Below, piece by piece: positions 25,242 to 34,720 of a stretch of 64,000 nucleotides of DNA. The position numbers were made by a program, and so were the translations under genes. Within the stretch, counting starts at the first letter, position 1, and every line of letters starts with the position of its first letter. The DNA comes from a virus. Lineage: Duplodnaviria; Caudoviricetes. The stretch is taken from positions 32,001 to 96,000 of the IMG/VR virus record IMGVR_UViG_2671180292_000001; one strand, given 5' to 3'. The notes beneath the pieces are model-generated. The model ran no database searches. It saw only the letters and a list, made by a program, of their open reading frames with translations, and was not told where the DNA came from.

Positions 25242-25730
25242 TTAGACCTCGCGCGTGGACAGAATCATGAAGTCGGCCCCGGCCGCACCGGTGAACACGA
25301 ACTCGTCCTGGAGGGATTCGCCGGCCTGGCCGCCCTTGTCCACGCTCCAGGTCGCCGTCGCCCCTGCGGGGAGCACGACTGCTGGGCCGCCGCCGATGCT
25401 CACGGTGGGCGCCCCGGCGAACACCATGAACGTCACCGACCGGGCCCCGGACGGGATCGTCACCGTGCCAGCGCCGGTCTGCCGCTGCGCCGTGGATGCG
25501 ATCTCCGGGTCCGGGTTGGTCTGCTCGGCGCACACGCCCACGGTGCCGGTCGCCGTGTACTCGGTGACGCCGTCCACCTCGTAGTCCGCCGGGGTGACCG
25601 TGCCCGCGCTGTCGGACTGGTAGCGCCGCAAGAACGGTGTCACAGTGCCGTCAGCAGCCACGTCACAGAGGATCGTGAACTCGACGTCAGGTGCCGCAGT
25701 GCCAGAGATGCTGCCGTTGGTGCCGGACAA
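25242..25730 (-). CDS. Head-decoration family protein (one repeat module plus shared C-terminal domain)
   Basis: DVE..ILCD...PFLRRY...DG.T.YT.TGTVGVC plus RSVTF...TWSV domain. Confidence 0.65.
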   Translation of the reverse strand: MSGTNGSISGTAAPDVEFTILCDVAADGTVTPFLRRYQSDSAGTVTPADYEVDGVTEYTATGTVGVCAEQTNPDPEIASTAQRQTGAGTVTIPSGARSVTFMVFAGAPTVSIGGGPAVVLPAGATATWSVDKGGQAGESLQDEFVFTGAAGADFMILSTREV

Positions 25731-25831
25731 TGCTCCTCCTCAGGGATCTTCGCTGCCAGTGTTTTCGGGGCGATCGGCGGTCCTACGCGATCCGCCGGTA
25801 TCGGATGTTGGTGCCGTAACCGTGTTCGGCG

Positions 25832-26923
25832 CTAGGGCCGGTAGGTCCAGACCAGGAGGTACTCAGACGCGGCGTCCGCCCCCTGGAAGGAAGCGCCCGC
25901 CAGGGTGCCGTCGTCGTCCCCGACGATCGACCATGTAAGCGACGTCCCCGACGGGACCGGCACGGCCGCGCCATCTGTCATGGTCACCAGGACGCTGCCG
26001 GACAGGACGGTCAGGGTGACGCTCTGCAGGCCGGGGAACGCCGCTACCAGGTCCTGGGCGGACGTGCCGGTCACGCGACGTACCCCGGTGTTCAGCGGGC
26101 TGGGCGCCGGCGGGGTGCAGTCTCCACAGACGCCGACGGTGCCAGTCGAGGTGTAGGGCGTGCCGTCGATGGCGTAGTCCGAATAGCCGATGATCTGGCC
26201 GTTCAGGTCGCGCCGGTAGTCCCTGACGAACGGTGTGATCGTGCCATCGCCGGCGGTGTCGCACAGGGGGGTCAGGTCTTGTTCGGGCTGCTCCACCCCG
26301 GTCGGGCACATCGTGATGAACCCGGTCGGGGTGTAGGTGTCCCCGGTGACCGCGTCGACCAGGCGCACGCTGCTGATGGTGCCGTCCGCGGCGTAGGAGT
26401 ATTCGATCAGCACGAGGCCGAGGACCTCGCCTGTCGCCGCATTCAGGTCACAAAACGTCCCGGACACCTGGATCGAACGGGAGTCGCCGCAGGCGATCAC
26501 ACCGGTCGGTGGGGCACCAGCTGAGAACGCTCCCGTCGTGAGGTTGATCCACCCGGTCTGCGCCACCACCCCAGCGCAGTCCCGCACCACGGTGACCGCT
26601 ATCGGCGTCCCATCCGGCAAACAAAGACCCAGCGTGGCCACCGGCTCGGTCGGCTGCTCGCAATCCGACACGGTACCGCCGCCGCCCGACGCGCACGGGC
26701 CGAGCGTGCCCTGCGGCACATAATCGGCCCCGGTCGCCGGGTCCACCACCCGTGTGCCGACCCGCTGCCCGGTACTGGCGTCGTAAACCGGCTCCACTAG
26801 TACCGTCGCCGCCGTACTACCGTCGGGCAGGACGTCGCACAGGACGATCGCCTCCACGTCCAGCCTCGGCGTCGCGTTCGCGCCGGTGACGATGACCGGG
26901 CCCTGCCCGCAACAACCACTCAC
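25832..26923 (-). CDS. Head-decoration family protein (about four modules plus shared C-terminal domain)
   Basis: About 190-aa block homologous to the 1844-aa protein (GLCLPDGTPIAV...GVEQPE.DL..LCDTAGDG). Confidence 0.7.
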   Translation of the reverse strand: MSGCCGQGPVIVTGANATPRLDVEAIVLCDVLPDGSTAATVLVEPVYDASTGQRVGTRVVDPATGADYVPQGTLGPCASGGGGTVSDCEQPTEPVATLGLCLPDGTPIAVTVVRDCAGVVAQTGWINLTTGAFSAGAPPTGVIACGDSRSIQVSGTFCDLNAATGEVLGLVLIEYSYAADGTISSVRLVDAVTGDTYTPTGFITMCPTGVEQPEQDLTPLCDTAGDGTITPFVRDYRRDLNGQIIGYSDYAIDGTPYTSTGTVGVCGDCTPPAPSPLNTGVRRVTGTSAQDLVAAFPGLQSVTLTVLSGSVLVTMTDGAAVPVPSGTSLTWSIVGDDDGTLAGASFQGADAASEYLLVWTYRP

Positions 26924-27005
26924 CGAAACCTCCGGAGGAAGCCCGACCCTTCAGAGCCGGGAGGAATCTGGACCCCGCAAGGGGTGGAAGAGGAGCCCAT
27001 GCCGG

Positions 27006-28685
27006 TCAGCAGGGGTCAGGCTCGTAGGTGACGTAGCAGGTGTAGTCGCACATGGACACGCCGGTCGGGGGGCCCGCCGGAAGCGCCGTCACCTGCACCG
27101 GCGTCGGGTTGGTGGCCGCGGCGCCGCCGTTGCCCATCTGCCCTGACCCGCCGTACCCCCAGGTGTAGATACGCCCGTCTTCCAGCATCGCGATCATCGA
27201 GTCGTAGCCGATGTCCGCATCGGCCACCGGCCCCGGCAGCGGCACCTGCACCGCGCACGGGGTCGTGCCGCCGGAGGTGCCCTGGCCGGTGTTGCCGAAA
27301 ACGTCGCTGCCCCACACCCACATGTCGCCGGATGGGGTCACGAACCCGCCGGAAGGGAACCCGGCCAGCGCGGTCGCCGCTGTCACACCTGGCGGCATCG
27401 GGATCTGCGACGGGACCTGCTGCGTCGCGGTGTCCGGGTTGCAGTCGCCCAACTGCTGCCAGTTGTCGATGCCCCACGTCCACACCTGGCCGCCGTCATC
27501 AACCGCCACGTTGTGGTATCGCCCGGCTGCGATGGACGTGATCACCGTCCCGGCTGGGAACGGCGTCTGAACGGGGGTCAGTTTGTTGCTGCTGGTCGTG
27601 GTGCCGGACGCCTGCCCGTATCCGTCATAGCCCCAGCCCCACACCTCGCCATCCTCCGTCAGGACGATCATGTGGTCGAGGCCGCACGCGATCTGTGTCA
27701 CCGACGCTGGCAGCGTCACCGCCGCCCACGTCGTCCGGTCCGAGGTGCCGCCGGTGCCGAGCTGCCCCAGCCCGCCCTCGCCCGTCGTATACACCTGGCC
27801 ATCGCTGCCCAAGAAAGCCCCGGTGTACTGCATCGCGTCCACCGCGATGGCGGTCACCCCCGGCGGCATCGTCGACGGAACCGGGGTGCTGGACCAGTTG
27901 GTCGTGCCGTCGCCGAACCCGCCGGACCCGTTGTACCCCCACGCCCACACCCGGCCTTCGGTGTCGATCGCCAGGCTCAGCGCCTCCGCACCACCCCCGA
28001 TCGTCACCAGCTGGGTGTCTCCGGTCGCCTGCGGCACGGGCGTGAGCCGGTTGGTGGACGCCCCGTCACCGACCCGCCCCCACGCCCCATACCCCCACGC
28101 GTACGCAGGCGCGGCCTCCGCCCGGGTGGTGTACGGGTCGGACGTGTACGACCCCGCAGGGTCCGCGCAGCCGTTCACCGCGACGGGCCACACCGTCGCC
28201 GTCACCGTCTCGCACGGCGACAGCGGCTCCGCCACCACCACCCGGTAGGTGGCCCCCGCCACGTGCGACAGCGACGCCGGCTGGCCGCCCACCGCGACGA
28301 GCGTGTCGACCGGCGACACCGGCTGGCCGAACGTGACAGTAAGCGGTGTGGTCCGGCGCACTGTGGTTTCCGAGGCTGGCGGGTCATACACCGGCGTCCA
28401 CTCCGGTTCCAGCGCCCCGGCGGGCACACCCGCGCACGGGTCAGGCGCCGGGGAAGGCGCCGAGGTGGAGCAGTCCGCGATGATCGTCCCTACCGGGGTG
28501 TAAGGGGTGCGGCCGTCGAGCTGGTAGTCCACCGCCGTGGTGGTCTGCTGCCCGTCCCGGTCGACCAGGTAGCGGCGCAGAAACGACACCGACGAGACGA
28601 CCTCACCGCTGGCGTCCACGGTCTGGTCGCAGAGCTTCTCCTGGACCAGGTGGGCGCCGGCCCCGATGGCTCCGTGCGTTGACAT
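27006..28685 (-). CDS. Repeat module + Ig-like + RCC1-repeat beta-propeller protein
   Basis: AGGAGG RBS, ATG 28685; about seven GxVWxWGxxxxGQLG repeats. Confidence 0.85.
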   Translation of the reverse strand: MSTHGAIGAGAHLVQEKLCDQTVDASGEVVSSVSFLRRYLVDRDGQQTTTAVDYQLDGRTPYTPVGTIIADCSTSAPSPAPDPCAGVPAGALEPEWTPVYDPPASETTVRRTTPLTVTFGQPVSPVDTLVAVGGQPASLSHVAGATYRVVVAEPLSPCETVTATVWPVAVNGCADPAGSYTSDPYTTRAEAAPAYAWGYGAWGRVGDGASTNRLTPVPQATGDTQLVTIGGGAEALSLAIDTEGRVWAWGYNGSGGFGDGTTNWSSTPVPSTMPPGVTAIAVDAMQYTGAFLGSDGQVYTTGEGGLGQLGTGGTSDRTTWAAVTLPASVTQIACGLDHMIVLTEDGEVWGWGYDGYGQASGTTTSSNKLTPVQTPFPAGTVITSIAAGRYHNVAVDDGGQVWTWGIDNWQQLGDCNPDTATQQVPSQIPMPPGVTAATALAGFPSGGFVTPSGDMWVWGSDVFGNTGQGTSGGTTPCAVQVPLPGPVADADIGYDSMIAMLEDGRIYTWGYGGSGQMGNGGAAATNPTPVQVTALPAGPPTGVSMCDYTCYVTYEPDPC

Positions 28686-28693
28686 CGATCCTC

Positions 28694-31600
28694 CTAGCTG
28701 GCCGTGATGCGGGTGTAGGCGACGGTGACGGTGCCCGGACCCGCCTCGGTCATGAAAGTCCCGGTGAGGGCCGCATCCTCGTCCCGGACGACGGACCACG
28801 TCACCGACTCCCCCGCGTACAGCGTTGATGTGCCATCCGCGGTGGTTATCAGGGCGGTACCGCCGTGCGCAGTGACGGTGACCGACTGCACAAGGACATG
28901 GGCCGACAGGTCCCACGTCTGCCCGGGGGCGAGTTCCACCCGGTGGGCCTGCACCCCGCGCGCTGAGGGTGCGCCCCCGACCGGGCACTCCACAGGCGCG
29001 ACGGGCTCGTACGGGCCAGTCAGGTCCGGCAGGTAGGTGCCCAGACTGGCCAGCTCACCAGAGCAGGAATCCACGGCGATTAGTTCGACGTAGTCGACAT
29101 CGCCGATCCCGTCGCCATCTGTGTCGTCGCAGCGGCACGCCTCGATGACGTGCTGCGCCGTGCACTCGGGAGCCTCACCCTCCGCGGTGGCGCATTGGCC
29201 GGGCTCTCCGGTGACGGTGTAGGGGGTGGTGCCGTCCAGAGCGGTGTCGGCCGAGGCGATGACCTCCCCGGCCGTGTTGTACCGCAGGTGCCGCAGGAAC
29301 GGCGTGGTGCCGTCCTCCGTGACGTCGCAGAGCGCCAGGAGCTCCACGTCCGGACCGGGCTCCGGGTCCGGGCACGTGGTGATGCTCGCCCCGCCCGGGA
29401 CCGGTACGGGCCCCCACGTGAGCGGGTCCACGTAGTCGACGGACAGCCGCTCCCCGGTGGCGGTGTCGTAGGTGACCTCGGCGAGGATGCGCGCGAGGAC
29501 GCTGCCCGTGGTGTTGTCGACCACGCACATGGAGACCAGCTCGACGTCCCGGCCCTCGGCTGGGTCCGGCTGGCACCGGCCGACGGTCCCGGTCGGCACG
29601 TAGGGCGTGGCACCGTCCAACGCAGTGTCGATGACCCCTGCGACCTGTCCGGCGCTGCCGTAGGAGAAGTGCCGCAGGAACGGGACGCTCGGCCCGTCCT
29701 CGGGGGTGTCGCACAGGACGACGGGCTCGACGTCGAGGCCCCGGCCGCCGCCCGCGCTGCAACCGGTGCCGCACGGCACCTGCTGGCCCTCCGGGGCGTC
29801 CGTGGCCACGCCGTCCGCGTCCAGCCACGACACGCTTACCGTGCCGTCGCACCCCTGGCTGTAGACCTTCGTGACCTGCGTCTCCTGGCAGGACTGCGCG
29901 GGGGTGAGCGTCCACTCCCGGCCGTCGACGTCCTCCACCACCATCGGCCCGTAGACGGTCTGTGTGCCGCCGGTCGAGCCGACGAACCACGCGCAGCCCG
30001 GCTGATTCTGCGCGGACCAGGTCGCCCCGGACGGGTCGAGGTTGGTGAGCGCGAGCGCCCAGTTGTGGTGCATCCCGAGATTGCCCGGGGTGCCCTCGCC
30101 GCAGGGGCCGCCGGCGAACGACCGCCCGCCGTCCCCAATGACCTCCTCCCCGTTCACGATCCAACTCGTGATGGTGAGTCCGCCCGTGGTCGGCTGGCAC
30201 GGGAACTGCCCGCCCGGGCCCTGGATACCGCCGCACTGGCCCGGCACGCCGCCAATCAACGAGGTGTTGTCGTAGCTCGCCTCGGAGCGCTCCACGATGC
30301 CCACGCACTCCGTGGAGAACGCGACCGGGCACGCGAGCTCCTGGCAGAGGACCAGTTCCGCGCCGGCCGGGAGCTCCACCTCGTCCCCGGTCGTCGGGTC
30401 GGTCAGCCGCTGCACCACCCGGTCGCCCGTCTGGTCGTCGTAGACGCGCTCCACCAGCACCTGGCCGAGGATTTCGCCGTCGGCGTCCTGGATGCACAGG
30501 ACGTCCGGCTCGACGTCCACGCGATGTTCCGGCGGCGGGGGCGGGCAGCACTCCCCGCCTCCCGCAGCCTGGCACTGGCCGACCTGCCCGGTCACCTCGT
30601 ACGGGGCGCCGTCCAGGGTGGTGTCGCTGACCTGGACGACCTCGCCGGTGGCGCAGTCGACGGTGAGCGTGCGCAGAATCTGGGTGGCGCACCCGGCGAC
30701 GTCGTAGGCGTAGCTGATGTTAAAGGCGTCGGCGGTCCAGGACTTGCGTGTGACGCCGTGGCCGGTCTCCAGATCGAGGTGCACGCCGATCTGCCCGGCT
30801 GCGAGCTGGACGGCGGGGACGCTCGCTGTCACCGTCAGGACGCCGTCCCAGCCCGCAGGCACATCAGTCGGCACGCTGCGGTTGCCCAGCATCTGGCGGC
30901 CGGCGTCGAACAGCCTGAGCGCGCCGGAGTACCCGACTCCGGCGTCCGGCCCGAGCTGGGTGACATGCACCGACACGGTGACGGTGGCGGTGCCGTCGTC
31001 GCAGGCAGGCCGATCGGCCTGCACGCTCGCCTCGACCGTGCGGTAGGTCTGCTCAATGTTCCCCGTGCCGGGCTCGGCCGGGAAGGCCAGGCTCCCGCCG
31101 GACCACAGGGCGGCGCCGCCGCCCGCAAGTGCGCGGTAGGTGCCGGTGCCGCCGATCGGCGGGAACATGCCGCCGGGCGGGGCGGGCAGGTCGGTGACAG
31201 TGGGCTCGCCAGCAGCGCCGTCGGTGGGGATGTCGCACAGCAGGACCGTGGTGGAGTTACGGCACGGCTCTGCCGGGCAGCACTGGCCGCCTGCGGTGGT
31301 GCAGGCGCCGATCTGTCCCACGGGGTTGTACGGCTGCCCGTCCGAGGTGGTGTAGGTGACAGAGGTGACCTCGCCGCTCTGGCAGTCGGTGACCACGGTG
31401 GCCAGGACCTGCTGGGCGCAGCCGTCCTGGTCGTAGGCGACGGTGACGGTGGCCTCGTCGAGCACCCAGCCGCCGACGCGGGCGCCGCCGGGGCCGCTGC
31501 CGGGGCAGGCGGCCAGCGCGAGCTGGTAGGTCTCCATCAGGCCGAACAGGCGGACGGTCCCGGCGGCGAGGTCGGCGGCGGGCACCTGCCCGGTGACCGT

Positions 31601-34228
31601 GAGGGTCTGGACGGTGCCGACAGGGATGCTGCTCGGCGTGACACCGGCGGCGGCGATCTGTGTCCCGCCCACGAGCATGCGGAAGCTGCCCGTGCCCTGG
31701 CAGCCGTCGTCAGGACCGGTCCGCTCGACGCGGATGCTGGCGGTGACGGTGGCGGTCCCGGCGTCGCATGCGGGCCGGTCGGCCTGCACGCTCGCGGCGA
31801 AGGTGCGCACGAGCTGGGAGGTGCCGTCGCCGGGTGGGGCGTCGTCGGGCGGGATGATCAGACTGCCGCCCGACCACAGGGCGGCGGCGCCGCCGGCGAC
31901 GGGTTCCTGCCCGGTGCCCGGGAAGACGCCGGCCGGATCATTGTCGGTGACCGTGGGGGCAGGCCCACCGTCGCCCGGCAGGTCGCACACCAGCAGCGTC
32001 GAGGTGTCACGGCACGGCTCGGGGCACACGCCAATGGTCGCGCCGCCCGGGACCGCGACTGGCCCGCCGGTGACGGCGTCGACCAGCCGCGGCGGCCCGG
32101 CCGGGTTGCCGTCGCCGTCGTAGACCTGCTCGGCGCGGATGTGCTGCAACACGCTGCCGTCGGTGTTGATGACGCACAGCGGCCACGTCTCCACATCGGC
32201 GCCGCCGGTCTCGGACCGGCAGGCGACCAGCTCGCCGCCGTCGGGGAGGTCGGCCTCCTCGCCCGTGGACAGGTCGATCAGGCGCTGGACGGTCAGCTCG
32301 CCGGTCTGGTCGTCGTAGACGCGCTCTGCGAGCACCTGCCCGGTGATCCCGCCGCCGGCGTCCTGGATGCACAGCAGCACGGTCTCGACGTCGAGGCGGG
32401 TTTCCGGAGGCGGCGCGGGGCAGCATTCGGCGACCGGCTCGCACAGGCCGACCTCGCCGGTGGGGGTGTACGGCTCACCGTCGAGGGTCGTGTCCGTGGT
32501 GGCGACCACCTCGCCGCTCTCGCAGTCGACGGTGACGGTGCGCATGAACTGGCGCGTCTGGACCATGGCGATGTCGAGACGGCCGGTGATCCAGTTCGCG
32601 CCGCCAATGTCGCGGACTTCGATCTCGATGGTGTTGGGGCCGGCGGTGACGGGGATCTGCGCCGTTCCCGAGGTGGCGGGCTGGTTCCACTGCCCGTACA
32701 TGCCTGCGTCGGTGTTGTTCACTCGCACCCGGGCGCCGCCGTCGCCGCGGAACCCGACCGAGGAGACCGTCGCGACCCCGTCCTGCGGCGCGAGGAAGGT
32801 CTTGCGCATCACCCACCGCAGCGGGGCGCTCTCATACCCGGCCCAGGGCCCGACGTTGGGCCCGGCCGACATGTCGGAGCGGGCGCCCATGTAGGCGGGG
32901 TTCCCGGGCGGGTGCACGGCCGGGTACGGCAGCGGCTGCTCGGGGCCGAAGCCCGGCTGGCCGGTGAAGGCCACGATCTCCCAGCCGTCGTCGCCGGGCC
33001 GGTTGATCGGGTCGAACACCGTCAGGGCTTCCTGCTCGGCGGTGTCGCACAGCAGGACGGTGGTGGTGTCGCGGCAGGGTTCGGCGTCGGGCTGGCACAG
33101 GCCAACCTCGCCGGTGGGGGTGTAGGGGGTGCCGTCCAGCAGGTAGTCGGAGTGCCCGGTGATCTGCCCGTTCTCGTCGCGGGCGTAGTCCCGCACGAAC
33201 ACCGTCACGCCGCCGTCGCCGGCGGTGTCGCACATCTGCAGCAGGTCACGCTCGGGCTGCTCCACCCCGGCGGGGCAGGTGGTCACCTCGCCCTGCGGGA
33301 CGTAGGTGGCGCCGCTGGTCGCGTCGACCAGCCGCACGGACGCGACGTCGCCGTCCGGGCCGTAGGTGTACTCGACCAGCACCAGGCCCAGCACGTCGCC
33401 GGTGACGGGGGCGACGTCGCAGAAGACGCCGGCGGTAGTGATGTTGCGCGGGTTGCCGCACGCCATCGTCCCGGCCGGCGGATCCCCCGCGCTGTAGGCG
33501 CCGGTGGTGAGGTTGAGCCAGCCGTCCTGTCTGACGGTCCCGTCGCAGTCGCGGGTGACCACCACCGCGATCGGCGTGCCGTCCGCCAAGCACAGGCCCA
33601 CGGTCGCGGTGGGGGTTGTCGGCTCTTCACACTCGGTCGAGGTCGCGCACACCCGCACGGTGCCGGTGACCAGGTGCGGGGCCTGCCCGTCCAGCGCGAC
33701 GTCCTCATAGCTGGCCGTGCCCGCCAGGAACGTGTACCGGCGGAGGAACGGCCCCGAGTCGTCACACAGCTGCAGCGTCTCCGACTCCGGGCAGCCGTAC
33801 GTGCACTCCACTGGCGACACAGGCGCATACGGCGTTGAGGGGTCCGACTGGTAGGTCAGGACCAGCTCAGCCGTGCCATCCGCGTGCACGCACCACAGCT
33901 CGCTGTAGGTGGCGTCAGCGGCGCCGTCGCCGTCGGTGTCATCGCACCGCTGCACACAGATCGTGTCGACGCAGCCCGTCTCGCATGGCCCGGCATCGGC
34001 GGGGAGCACACCCGGGGTGAACACGCCAGCGGTGTCGAGCCAGCCGACAACAGCGGGATCCTCGGCCTCCTGACCGCATTCGACGCAGCCGGAGCGGACG
34101 ACAGCGAGGATCGTGGTACCGTCCGCCCGGCACAGCGCGGTCGAGGCGATCGACGGGGCGCAGCAGGTCGTGACCTCAACCGGCTCACCGCCCCCGCCAG
34201 GCGAGCAAGGAATCGGCTCTACGGCCAC
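28694..34228 (-). CDS. Giant Cys-rich modular protein (1844 aa), probable capsid decoration / head fibre
   Basis: Many ~55-60-aa modules (DVE..LC...LDG.PY.P.G.VG.C) with inserted beta-sandwich domains; between capsid and tail genes; no signal peptide seen. Confidence 0.7.
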   Translation of the reverse strand: MAVEPIPCSPGGGGEPVEVTTCCAPSIASTALCRADGTTILAVVRSGCVECGQEAEDPAVVGWLDTAGVFTPGVLPADAGPCETGCVDTICVQRCDDTDGDGAADATYSELWCVHADGTAELVLTYQSDPSTPYAPVSPVECTYGCPESETLQLCDDSGPFLRRYTFLAGTASYEDVALDGQAPHLVTGTVRVCATSTECEEPTTPTATVGLCLADGTPIAVVVTRDCDGTVRQDGWLNLTTGAYSAGDPPAGTMACGNPRNITTAGVFCDVAPVTGDVLGLVLVEYTYGPDGDVASVRLVDATSGATYVPQGEVTTCPAGVEQPERDLLQMCDTAGDGGVTVFVRDYARDENGQITGHSDYLLDGTPYTPTGEVGLCQPDAEPCRDTTTVLLCDTAEQEALTVFDPINRPGDDGWEIVAFTGQPGFGPEQPLPYPAVHPPGNPAYMGARSDMSAGPNVGPWAGYESAPLRWVMRKTFLAPQDGVATVSSVGFRGDGGARVRVNNTDAGMYGQWNQPATSGTAQIPVTAGPNTIEIEVRDIGGANWITGRLDIAMVQTRQFMRTVTVDCESGEVVATTDTTLDGEPYTPTGEVGLCEPVAECCPAPPPETRLDVETVLLCIQDAGGGITGQVLAERVYDDQTGELTVQRLIDLSTGEEADLPDGGELVACRSETGGADVETWPLCVINTDGSVLQHIRAEQVYDGDGNPAGPPRLVDAVTGGPVAVPGGATIGVCPEPCRDTSTLLVCDLPGDGGPAPTVTDNDPAGVFPGTGQEPVAGGAAALWSGGSLIIPPDDAPPGDGTSQLVRTFAASVQADRPACDAGTATVTASIRVERTGPDDGCQGTGSFRMLVGGTQIAAAGVTPSSIPVGTVQTLTVTGQVPAADLAAGTVRLFGLMETYQLALAACPGSGPGGARVGGWVLDEATVTVAYDQDGCAQQVLATVVTDCQSGEVTSVTYTTSDGQPYNPVGQIGACTTAGGQCCPAEPCRNSTTVLLCDIPTDGAAGEPTVTDLPAPPGGMFPPIGGTGTYRALAGGGAALWSGGSLAFPAEPGTGNIEQTYRTVEASVQADRPACDDGTATVTVSVHVTQLGPDAGVGYSGALRLFDAGRQMLGNRSVPTDVPAGWDGVLTVTASVPAVQLAAGQIGVHLDLETGHGVTRKSWTADAFNISYAYDVAGCATQILRTLTVDCATGEVVQVSDTTLDGAPYEVTGQVGQCQAAGGGECCPPPPPEHRVDVEPDVLCIQDADGEILGQVLVERVYDDQTGDRVVQRLTDPTTGDEVELPAGAELVLCQELACPVAFSTECVGIVERSEASYDNTSLIGGVPGQCGGIQGPGGQFPCQPTTGGLTITSWIVNGEEVIGDGGRSFAGGPCGEGTPGNLGMHHNWALALTNLDPSGATWSAQNQPGCAWFVGSTGGTQTVYGPMVVEDVDGREWTLTPAQSCQETQVTKVYSQGCDGTVSVSWLDADGVATDAPEGQQVPCGTGCSAGGGRGLDVEPVVLCDTPEDGPSVPFLRHFSYGSAGQVAGVIDTALDGATPYVPTGTVGRCQPDPAEGRDVELVSMCVVDNTTGSVLARILAEVTYDTATGERLSVDYVDPLTWGPVPVPGGASITTCPDPEPGPDVELLALCDVTEDGTTPFLRHLRYNTAGEVIASADTALDGTTPYTVTGEPGQCATAEGEAPECTAQHVIEACRCDDTDGDGIGDVDYVELIAVDSCSGELASLGTYLPDLTGPYEPVAPVECPVGGAPSARGVQAHRVELAPGQTWDLSAHVLVQSVTVTAHGGTALITTADGTSTLYAGESVTWSVVRDEDAALTGTFMTEAGPGTVTVAYTRITAS

Positions 34229-34231
34229 TGG

Positions 34232-34720
34232 TCACCCCTCAGTGTCGGTGTGTGCCTGGCGGCGGTGCGCGGACGCGCGTCCTTCGGTTGCGTAGGTGCG
34301 TTCGCAGATCCCGCAGGGATACCGCTCGGTGGTCTGCTCGGCCGCCGCGGTGTCCTCGGTGGGTTCTGGTGTCACCGCAGGCTCGGGATGCAGCCCAGCC
34401 TCGCCCGCAGGCACGGGCTCGATCACGTGCTCGATCACGGGCTCGACATCCCGCCCGGGCTCGGCCTCCCCGTCGGTTGGTGGTGGTGCCTGGCCCCGGC
34501 TGTCCCCCTCCCAAGGCACGGCAGCAGGACCAGGCACCACGTACGGACGGCCATCCACTAGGGCTTCCGTGAGCAATGCCTCGGGGATGGCCGTGAACAA
34601 GGCGGCCGGGACGCCAAACTCGGTCTCAGACACAGTCCGCAGCTTGGGGGTCTGAGCCACGGCCCACCGGGCGAACTCCCGCCGCAGATGCCGGGCAGGC
34701 TGAACACGAATCATGCTCAT
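34232..34720 (-). CDS. Head-region protein with C-terminal C2H2 zinc finger
   Basis: ATGA overlap with small capsid stop; YPCGICERTYATEGRASAHRRQAH. Confidence 0.7.
   Translation of the reverse strand: MSMIRVQPARHLRREFARWAVAQTPKLRTVSETEFGVPAALFTAIPEALLTEALVDGRPYVVPGPAAVPWEGDSRGQAPPPTDGEAEPGRDVEPVIEHVIEPVPAGEAGLHPEPAVTPEPTEDTAAAEQTTERYPCGICERTYATEGRASAHRRQAHTDTEG

Noticed and set aside
26941-26965. Seventh copy of the late leader motif (GCCCGACCCTTCAGAGCC)
   Set aside because: Too degenerate in both halves and no clear -10 at the expected distance.
25832-33620. Possible diversity-generating retroelement (homologous blocks in two genes)
   Set aside because: No reverse transcriptase in the window; differences are general divergence, not adenine-specific.
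29150-33838. 1562-aa plus-strand ORF opposite the giant modular gene (likewise 41984-44755, 12150-13784, 14560-17016)
   Set aside because: Antisense shadows expected in high-GC genes; no RBS or coupling context and no recognisable motifs, unlike the two HNH bridges.
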